From positions 3,705,410-3,769,409 of the forward strand of contig MU053472.1 in NCBI GenBank assembly GCA_013239625.1: DNA of 64,000 nt. The letters are read 5' to 3'. The notes below the pieces were generated by a model. That model worked only from the letters and a program-made list of their open reading frames with translations. It made no database searches and had not been told where the DNA came from. Origin of the DNA: Lama guanicoe. Taxonomy: Eukaryota. Shown here one piece after another: positions 35,207 through 45,900 of the stretch (position 1 is the stretch's first letter; each line of letters begins with the position of its first letter). The position numbers and the translations under genes were made by a program.

Positions 35207-35739
35207 ATCTCTATATTAGTGCTGCTTTGTTGGGTCTTTTTCTTCATTTTAATTTCTAAGAAAACTTAATACTCATTTTTTTCTTTAACCATGAGAAAGG
35301 ACTAAAACATATACCCCTTCCTCCCAACCATTTCCATTTTTTAAAATGGCCCTCTCTTTTTAACAGCACAGCTCCTGTTCGGTTTTTATTTATTGATCAG
35401 ATAGGGATTTATCCTTACGGATACTGCAGAATTCTGTCCCACCTCATGTGCGGTTTATTTCTCTTTAATGCCTAAAATTTCACCAGCTGGTTGATCAGGC
35501 GCAGGGGATTGTACTGCTTTCCTCCTGATTCTCCGCTCACAGGCACCTCAGTTCTCCTTCCACCTTGAGTAAACTGTCTTAAGCAAAATATTGGCTGAAA
35601 AGAGTGTATTTCAAAAAAACATGAAATGCTACTATCTAAAAGGTGAATTTGTTTACGCAGGACATTATCCCCATCACCATTTTTATTTGGAGAGACGATT
35701 ATCTGTTAGTACTAAGATCACGGAGTTGGGCCCTTTGTT

Positions 35740-36900
35740 CTCGAGCATGACCGGTTTTGCATCGCCCACTGCACGCTATGAATTCCAAAGCCCCACGACC
35801 CCGCCGGCCACGGTGAAATTAAACACACGGATCTTAGTATTCCGCGGCGGACACCGGGCTGATCTCTGCGGGACGTAACGCTATCTGGTGGCCGCAATTC
35901 CCGGCCCGGCCCGCGGGTGGAGGACTCCGAGAGAGCGCGACTTACCCCGCCGCGTCCCCCGCCGCCGCCGCACGTGGCCCGGCCGCGCAGAGCCCGGGGG
36001 GCGGGTAGGCTCGCGCCGCGTCCGGCAATGCGGCGGGAACTCGAGGCCCCATTGGCCGCGCCGGCGGGCGCCGCGGGGGCTCGTGCGCCAACCGTTCCCG
36101 GATCCGCAGCGGCCCGGCGCTGGCAGGAGGGGGCAGGGCGAAGCGAAGGCCGGGGGGGGATCGAGAACGGGGTGAGAGAGCCAGGCTCGGCGGGGCGAGG
36201 CCCAGGGCCCGGGTGGGGCGATGGAGGAAGCGCTGCTCTCCACCCCCATCAACCCCAACAACTTCCCTGCCAAGCTGTGGCGGCTGGTGAACAGCCCCCG
36301 GTATCGCTCCATCCGCTGGGACGGCCGCGGCGAGGGGCTGCTCATCGACCAGCCGCTCTTCGAGGCCGAGCGGCTTCCGCAAGGTGGTGCCGGGCGGGCC
36401 GGGCGGCGGCGGGCCGGCGGGCGAAGGGCCGCTGCACCACTTCCACAGCCCGCACTTCCGCCGCGACCAGCCGCAGCTGCTCGTGCACCTCAAGAGGCTC
36501 ACCAGCGCCAACAAGGCCAAGCTGGCGGCCGGCCTGGAGGTGCCCTGCCGCCCGCCCAACCGCTTCCAGAGGCTCCTCATCACGTCGGCCTCGGCCTCGG
36601 CCTCCACCTCCCCGCTGCAGCACCAGGAGCCGCAGACGCCCCGGCCCGAGCCGCACGGTGAGTCCCGTCCGGCCTGCCTTCTCCGTCCTCGCTGGGCGGC
36701 GGCGGGCGCACAGCCGTCGGGGGGCAACCGCCACTTCCGAGGGCACGTCCGCATCCTCACCTTTGAGGTCTGGGATATGCGCCCGGGAGCCACTCGCGCG
36801 GCTCCCCTTCCCGCCAGCACCTCCTCGGGACAGAGCCCGTAGGCATTGAGGCCTTTCTGTGTCCACTAGCGGCCAGGCGGCCTCTGTGTTTAGTCTTCCC
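35740..36900. promoter_or_regulatory. CpG island / HSF5 promoter and exon 1
   Basis: Extreme GC and CpG density flanked by AT-rich DNA. Confidence 0.88.
36221..36657 (+). CDS. HSF5: HSF5 exon 1 (DNA-binding domain) with internal frameshifting deletion at 36370/36372
   Basis: MEEALLSTPINPNNFPAKLW...FEAE in one frame; GFRKVV...PEPH in a second frame; donor GTGAGT at 36658. Confidence 0.9.
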
Positions 36901-39900
36901 GGACCCCTCGTGGGCTCCAAACCTCCATAGCCATTAACCTTCTCGAGACCCAGTCTCTCCACGGTGAACACCTAAAAGAAGGAGGCCTTTGTTGAAACAC
37001 TGGGTCTTGAAGGGCCTCCTTTGCTCATATGGGAAGCAGAACAGAGTTCTGCACAGGGTGAGAATATGGTGAAGGTCAAGGTAGTAAGGAACAGGTCAAA
37101 GCAAAGTAAACTTAGAACATTTATACCAACCAAGAGAAAGTGAACGGGATACCTGGAGTAGAAGTTTGGCCTTAAGGAGATGTGTGGTCTTCCACCCACT
37201 GACACACCTAAGTAATCTTAGAAGAAGTGTTCTGACAATCAGTCATATTTTAGGTTCTGGAGTAATGTGTAGAATGACAGGCATTGTTTTTATGTCTTAA
37301 GAGTGAAAATATAATAACATATTCTGTTGTTTACCAGATATTGTCCCTATGTACAGTGACTTGGTCAAACAACTCTTTCATTGTAGCTGCTTAGAGCTGA
37401 TGCTTAAGGTGTCATGGGGAGACAAACTTAAGACAAACATAAAGGCACGATTTTCTTTACCATTGTCAAGTTGTAGTGAAAAAGGATTTTAGAATGCTGA
37501 CATTTACAGGCTTTGAATTTTTCACTGTTGGCTCTGATCTTTAAGTTTTCAAAACAAAAAACTTTTGTAAGTTTGTATTTACTCAAAGTTTAAAAAAAAA
37601 GTGTGATAGAAAATTATTTTATAAACTTAATTTCTGCTGCTCTTCCCCCTCTTCCAGGAAGGTGAGGGTGGCAGTATTCCCTTTCGCTGCTTAAAGAGTC
37701 ATGAAGCAGCAGGCCAAGAAAGCAACAGGCCATAATAACGAGAATTCATTCTTTACCTACAACTAGGAGAGTAATAGAAACATTTTCATCCTGTTGACAC
37801 TTTTCACATAAAGGTGTCTGGGTTGCTTTTCAGTTACGGAAAAATTTTAAATATACACATAAAAGTAATACTATGTTCAATTTAACCTAGGCCCAGGGTT
37901 ATGAATGAGACAGTTCTTTGTTCATGTGGAATTTAGAAGATAAGGGATTAGGTTAGAGTTCTAGTAACAAGTTGGAAAAATAGCAGTGGCCTAGGAATGT
38001 TCCAAAGGAATTCTAAAGGAATATTAAGCCACTTCCGAATGATGGTCATTGATTTTGGTGGGGAACTGAATGGGGAAAGGCAGTGGAGACAATACCGTGG
38101 CATACCTTTGGCAGAATCTCTGACATGGATGTTTGTTTTTCAGATTGTGTATCTGGTGGGCATAAGGAGGAAAGACTGGAAAATGTGTTCTTGGGAAAAA
38201 TAGGATAGCCACTTCAGAGAAAGAACATACATGCATACGAACGTAAAAACCAACTTGCTCACTTTTTTCTCGTCTCTGATTTTCTTTTTTCCCTCATCTA
38301 TCTTAAAGCCATTTGTTATAAGAATAGAGTCCATTTTAGTTAAAGAAATACAGGGGCTATCTAGGATCTGATTTGCTTCACGTATAGCTTGGTTGGTCAG
38401 CATTTTAAAGATTATCTGTTGAAAAAGATAAATTCATACTTTTTCAGTATAGATAATATATCAATCCATACAAACCTAAGTTATTGTAGTTTTCCTGCAT
38501 TTGCTGTTGTTTACCATTCTGCCTGTTGGTATGTGGTGAAGGTGTATCAAGTGTGGATTGTCTACACCACAGACTTGGTTCACTAGGGAATTTTGTTAAC
38601 TGGTTTGGGTGAAATGTAATTCTAAGTTCAAAAATACAGGTCCAACTTTGTTTTGCTTTAATTCCATGTTCTAAGTCCTTGACTCTTCTATTTTTTCCTC
38701 ACCTAATTTTTATTCTGCTTGAATCTTGCCTTGGTTCTGTGCCCGGCTGTGTTGCTGCTTTGTAGCTTCCATTTTGTTTGCTGCGTTCTGCTGCAGCTTG
38801 TGGTTTGAATACTTGTCTCTAAGTAGAATCCTCTGCTTTAGCACCGAGTTTTCTCTTCTCTAGATCCATTGAGCCAGCTGTCTTGTTCACCTTTTGAAAA
38901 TGTACTTTGTAAGAAATGTGAGGATCGTGTGTTTTTCCTTTTTTGTTTGTCCGCTCTTGTTATTTTGTTTTTAGTGGCAATTTATTTTATGATATTTGTT
39001 AAAATTCTCTAAGTAACAAGTCTGAGCAATAGATACTCTGCTTCTGCCTGGGGATAACAGGCTCTCAAGAGGCAACTATTTTTTTAAGCAAGAGGCAGAT
39101 TCTTTCTTGGGGATTGATTAGCTCAGATCGCCTTTCGTAAAAGGAATAGAATTTTTAAGAACAGAAATTCAGCCTGCCTTAGGTTCCTAGGATTCTGGAT
39201 TTAAACTTTGCCAAATATATCTTAGATGTTCTGAAGACATGCAGGTGATGTTCTGTAAAGTTGATCAGCATAAAACCCTATGAAGTAACTCTTAACAAAA
39301 GAATAAGTAAGAGATGAGCCTGTTTTAGTTATTTATTTTTAAAAAACAAACTAATCAAAAGGAATGGTCTTCTGATTCTAACAGTGGCCTTACGTTAGCA
39401 GCACCTGAAATATATAAATATTTGACCATCACTCAGTTTACCATAATAGAAGTGGAATTTATACTTTAATTCAGATCTAAATGAGAATTTGAGAAATGAA
39501 AGTAGAGTTCTTTAATTATCTGCTTAAGTTTTGACAGTCTGAAAATTCCTCAACAGCTTAACCCTGAAGAGAGTAGAAGAAGAAATAGTAAGCTATCACA
39601 CACAATAGCAGTATCATGTTTTAGCATGTGAAGCATCCAAGGGAAAATCAAGTGGCAGGTAGCTGGGACCTCAGAAATACCTATTGTGAAGAGCAAACAA
39701 TGTTTCTTTAGGTCTTAAGACAAAGAATCATCAGTGTTAGTTCAAAGTGTGTATATATGTGGAATTGCTAGTCAGGTAGCGTAAAAATTGTTTTTGTGTT
39801 TCAAAGGAAAAGTAGTTTTTAAGATTAAATGGATTTATCATTTAAATACACTTAATCTTCTGAACTAAGATTTTTTTTCCCATTAGATTTAGAGCTCTTA

Positions 39901-42900
39901 GTTTCCAGGCTCCTGAATTGTTTATGTATACAAGTATGTAGTATTTGTTTATTTTTAGTATTAATGATTTATTCTTTATTAAATTTTATTTTAAGAGTTT
40001 ATTTGAGCAAAAATCAGTTAGAATCAGCAGCGCCAAACCAGAAGTGGTTAAGAGCACTCCCTAATGCTTTATTCTTTAGAGGAAGTTAAACACTATAGAA
40101 ACATTAGAGTGAAAGATCTATACCATGTTGAATGGTTTTACAGTTTAAGTACTTGGAAAAGTAGGTATTTGAGTGCCATCTTTAACAGATGAGTAGCACA
40201 TAAATTAGACTTTCCCTCTGTTTTATAGATGAGTTTAATAAAACAAACTGAAAGGAATTTGAGAACCACATAATTTAATACATAAAGCCCTCCTGACGAA
40301 TAAGTCAGGCTAGCTTTATTTATGTTCAAGAACTATAGTCTACAACTTTCAAAGTTCAGGGAAAAAAACTCAAAAAATGTAGAAGGTTTTATATTCATAT
40401 TACAAGATCTTTAAGTTGCTAGTCCAACGTAAAGAAATTAAAACTGAAATTCCTGTATATGATCTGTTATGGGTGCAATTTATGCAAGAGAGATGATGTG
40501 GAATTCCGTCAGTGGATTCGTATTCACAAAAGGTTTGGCCCTATGCCCAAAGACTGTTGATTAAATGTAAATTTTGATGTTTGAGTGATAAATCTGAAAA
40601 AGAAAAGAATCATAGTCTTGAAAATAAGTTCAGCTTGCGACATTTATATCTTCCTTTTCCTCATTGCATAGTACTGCCCTTTCTCTTCCTCATCTCCACT
40701 TTTTAATTTCTTTCTACCTTGCTAGGTAAGAAAAAGCAAATACAGGAATCTCTTGGCCTGAGTACGTGGATGTTTAACAAACTCTCCAGGTGATTCGAAT
40801 GTAAATTAATGTTTGAGAACCATTGATATCTAGGAAGGGACAGGACTAGAGATACTCTGAAGGAAAAAAAGACCACGGAAAATGATTGATTGAGTAAAGG
40901 AATGAAAAAGAGTACTGAGTCAGAGTTTTCAAGCCTGACTTTTCTGCAAAGATTATTATTAAAATAAAAAAACTGGAAAGAGAACAAAGAATATTAAATT
41001 TCTTTTTTGTTTCTGTTACAGTTTTTATTTCTTCCATACGTAATTATATTATGTACATGGTTGAGTGCTTATTTTTGTACCTATTCATAAGGTTCCTAAA
41101 TGATTTGAAAGACTGAATGGAATTTCTAAAAATTCTAGGAAGTAGCTTACGCATTGGAAAAATCTGGGTCAGTCAATTGGGTGAAAGGTAAGGTGACATT
41201 TAGCATTTGATTTAATGTTAGAGTTTAGCCACTTTGTCTCGTAGGACAGTTGTATAGAGAACCCAACAAAATTTGATTCCTTTTTCAGCATTGTATGTAT
41301 AATCTCATATTCTGGATTCTGAATTTGTTTTTACCAATACATTTCTGTTGTGTTAAAAATGGCTGAGAAGTCAGCACATTCACAGTTGAAGAACAGTGTG
41401 TATTTTGTGACTTTTGGTTTACTACGTCAGGTGGTGTAATATAAAATTGGTAAATGTGCTCTTCCTCTTTTATGCAGGACCAGTGGCTGTAGGACAATTC
41501 CACCGGTCGTTCCGGCAAGATAGTTTGTCTCCTTACTCCTACGTATCAACTTCATCCCACAACCACAGTACTTTCCCTCTGAAAGGTTTAGATCGGACCC
41601 CGATTCCTCCGAGAACATGGCAGAACTCTCTTGGAATGCACTCAGGACAAGTGGAAACGTCTCCCACTTTTTCAGATAAAGGGGTTCCATTTTCTGTACT
41701 GCAGAGGTTTCCCACTGAGGTCACCTATACCCTGCAGCCCAGTGCCACATCCGTACATGTTCAGCAAGGTCCTCAAACAATGGTCAGCTCCTCCCAAAAA
41801 TATACTAACTACACACCCTCCGCGCAGTACTCCCAAGCCTACTATCCAACAGGTATGAGAGATTCAAGTTCAGTGGCTTCTCTTAAGATACTTTATAATG
41901 AACATTTATATATATATTTAATGCATTTCTGTATGCCTAAACAAAGATAGGAAATATTCACCTAAGAAATATGAATGATTTCTCATGAGTATATTTTTTT
42001 TAGCAACATAAAAGATTTCCTTAACGTTCTTAAAGGTTGTAAAATTCTGTTGGTGCATAAAGGTGTATTTTTTTAGTGAAACTTTTGTATCCTCAAAGTG
42101 TGTCCTGGTAATAAAATTAAAACTCAGTACACCAGACCTTGCTCTAGCTCTGCTCTTGGTGTAGCAGGTTTTTGGTTTTCAAAAAAGTATTTTTGTACAT
42201 ATTATGTATTTTCTATTTTTTAATTTTATAGGTGAGATTACCTCATAATGAAATCACTTTAGTATCTCAGTAAGGAAATTTAATGAAAGAGAATAGTCAC
42301 CATCTCCTAAAACTTAAGTTATATTCTTTTAGTAAAAATGTGATGGTGTGGTTTGACAGTGCAGTCCCTGCTGTGTTAATCCCAGCCAGTGAAGAACTGG
42401 GAATCTCAGAGAGAAGACCCTGACAGTGACAGCTGACCTAGAGCTCAGCCAAGGGCATTGAAGGTCTGCTGGTAGATCTCAAGTCACTAACTGGGAATCC
42501 TTGTGATAGTGACCATCTGTTTAGCTTCTTGTGGCTGAAGGATGTCTTTTTTGTGGGGGAGGGTGCATTTTTGCAAAATAATAGCATTCCCATTTCATTC
42601 AAACATGTTTTCTGTTTTGCAGAAACACCATAGAGGTGGTGTGTGTTTTCAGGTAGCATGCTTTACACAAAGTGATGAAGTAGGTCAACAGAAACAACTC
42701 AAGGGTCAAGGCTTTCAGAAGAGACCAGCAAGAGAGGAAATGGGGCATTCTTTTACCCTGTGAATTAAGACTCCAGACATATTAATTTTCTCAGATAAGT
42801 AGATCTGGAAGCAATCTCTAGAAGTTTTATCTTAGACCATTTTTCCCAGGCAGGAGGAAATCAAAAGCTAAAATTAGTGGAAAGAATGTAAATTAGATGA

Positions 42901-45900
42901 GGGAGTTAAATGATTTGCTGCCTTTTAAAAGTTATAAATTTGGCAACTGTTCCATTTGTAACAGTACTCACTATTTTCTAGCTGATAACATACAACTATA
43001 TTCTTTTATTATGGCTCATTGCATTCTACCTAAATTTAGCCAGTAAAAAGGGATTGCTTTATTTTCTCAAAGTGTTTAACAATACTAAAACAATAAAACC
43101 AATGTGTAAATTAGGTTGGGTTTTATAGATTTTTGGAGCTGCTTCCGTTTTGGTGGGTGGAAATCAGAAGGAAAAGGAGAAGGAATTATATGGAGTAAAA
43201 ATGATACAGCATTTCTAATCATTAGACTATTAGAGAGTTTAAGAACTTTTAAAAAACTTTTTTACATAGAAAAAGATTGAGGCCTATTTCTTTTTTTTCA
43301 GCTATTTCTTTGAAGAACAAAAATATCTGGGTGATCTTAAAAATAGAAGATGATTGATTTCATGTTATAAGTTATATATCTTACGTATAGCAACAAATAG
43401 GGTCAGATTTTTACTGAGGAGTTTAATCCAGTATTTTAATAAACAAATTAGGTAATTCTATCTAAATTATAATTTTGGCTGCGTTCCATATGTGCATAGA
43501 ATATATATATATATGTGTGTGTGTATATAAAGAGTGTACCTTTTCTTACACTTGCTTTACATTCTGTAGCCCATCAACTGGGCAAAACCCCTGCTTCCCC
43601 TCTTTTTACCAATAAATGTTTTTCTTTTTCCTAACCTCCCTTCAAACTCCCCTCCTCAAACTATTAGACACAAAAGCTCCTGGGGAGTTGAAATTTAGAA
43701 GGACTGCATTAGAGAGATACAGAAACATGCTTGGCCTTCCAATTTGGAATTTTGGAAAGAGTTTCCTATGGACACATTAGATATGTTGGCTAGGTCCTGT
43801 ATTACTGTTAGTCCCACAGTTAAGGGACAGGTGGTTATAATCTGGCTTGGGAGCCAAACTAGCAGGTATGATGATGTTTCTATGGGAAAACGTATTCCAA
43901 GTTACAAACAATCCTCTTGGAAGCTCCTAGCTCTAAATTTTATGAGAACTACTTATATATTATTTACCAGAAAACAGTATAATTAGTTAATATTATTCAT
44001 TCATTATAGAAATACTCTTTGTTAAATTATGATGATTTAAGATATATGTTATTTAAAAATATTTTATGTTAGCTTAGTTTTAAGTTTATAAATAAATTCA
44101 TTAATTTAATGATTAAATTGAAATTTGCCTCCCAAGAGCTCAAGGTAAGGACTGGGAATGAGACATTAAAAGAACAAATTAAGTGCTGCTAGTGTTTTGA
44201 TAGTAGATAATGCACATGAAACAGAATCTTGTATTATCTGAGTTTTTGATTTGTCTTCTTTACTAGGTAAATAAACATAATTATCCCCCTGGGGGGCAGG
44301 AAGGGTATAGCTCAAGTGGTAGAGCACGTGCTTAGCATGCATGAGGTCCTGGGTTCAATCCCCAGTACCTCCTCCAAAAATAAATAAACAAATAAACTTT
44401 ACTAGGGGTAACTAAAATGACTAAAGTTGCTGAGGTCATGAGAATAAGAAATCTCATAATTTCATGCTGACTTCTAATATATAGAGTAGTTCTATGATAT
44501 AATGTAAGCAAGACGGCTTTGAACATTCTGAAGTACTATATAAACAAAAAGTTGTGTTGTTAAATACAAAAGACCTGCTGTAAAAAACAAAGTGCCAAAA
44601 AAAAAATACTGTACAAGTACTTAATTCCTCCAAATTTTAGGCAAAGGAAGTAAAAAGTAGTGAGCAATTTAACCAATATTCAGTGGGTACCTGTTTATGA
44701 AGAGCTTTGCAAATGACTTTACCAAAGTTAAATAGAATATTATTCCCAGAGGCAGGATAATAATCACCCCCAGATTCTACTCTCTAAATCCTAATAAAGT
44801 AACTGATTTTGGAATAATGAAGCCCTTCCGAGTGAAATATATGAGTCAAGATTTGGATCAAATTTTCGTTAAAAAAAAACAGTACTCCACTTCATTTAAA
44901 AATTAGTTATGTTGAAATAAACTTGGATATGGTCTTCAAATAGTATAACCAGTACATTTTGAATTTTGTAATACGTGATAAATTTTTCTCTAGTTAAGCC
45001 GAACATTCAAGACTGAAAAACTGCTATTAGACTGACTCATGAATTGGCTCATCTGAATTCTTTCTGACATTTGTCATTCCTCTCTTGAAGCATCTGTTTT
45101 CTTTGCCTAGCTTGCTTACATTTTTCCACTCATCACTTCTTCAAAAACAAACTATTGTAGATCCAATATTAGTTGACTCTCTTTAGTCTTACCCTGTCTT
45201 GAATTCGATTTTTTCCTCTGATGCTGTTTTCACAGTGTGCTACTGTAATTTATCTTTTTAATAAAAAACTTCATTTTAGACCTTTTCATTTTACTCATTC
45301 TCTATATATTTGAACATACATAAGAATATCAATATATTCATATTTGTATTTTGAGGAAATCCTATATTGAGGAATTATTCTTCTTTGACGAATAATGCGG
45401 AATTGACTCAAAATCAACTTTGCCTTTTTTTTCCAAGTTTTAAGCTGAAAGCAGTGATTAGCAATTTGTAGCTGCCCTTTGTCTCATATTTTAAGTAATA
45501 AAATTTGTATAGCAATCACTGTGACCAGGTACTATTCTGAGTACTTTCCAAATATTAATTCATTTAAACCTTACAACAACCTTATATGATAGGGAATGTA
45601 ATTATTCTCATTTTATCGATTAGAAACTGAAGCACGGGTAGGCAGAGGCAGGGCTGGGGAACAAATCCAGGCACACTGTGTTCTGCTGCCTGTCTGCCTG
45701 TCTTACAAAGAGGGACTTTTTGTTTCATTTTACTTTTGACAGACTCTTTCCTGATATTTCTCTTCCCCAGAGTTACTTCCAGATAGGGTAGATGACAGAG
45801 ATGAGTGGAGGGACCTTCCCTTCTATGCTGCTGGTGGCAGTGGGACTGGCCGTGGTCTGTTGACTCAAGATGCTCAAGCAGAGAGAATGTACCCCAGCTG

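Noticed and set aside
35881..36971. 310-aa (+) and 292/209-aa (-) ORFs over HSF5 exon 1
   Set aside because: GC-island shadow ORFs. None restores the missing helix, and the ATG at 36028 is not in the downstream HSF5 frame.
44300..44375. tRNA gene
   Set aside because: It has a tRNA-like head but an A-rich SINE tail, flanking repeats and two related copies in the window, so it is a SINE.
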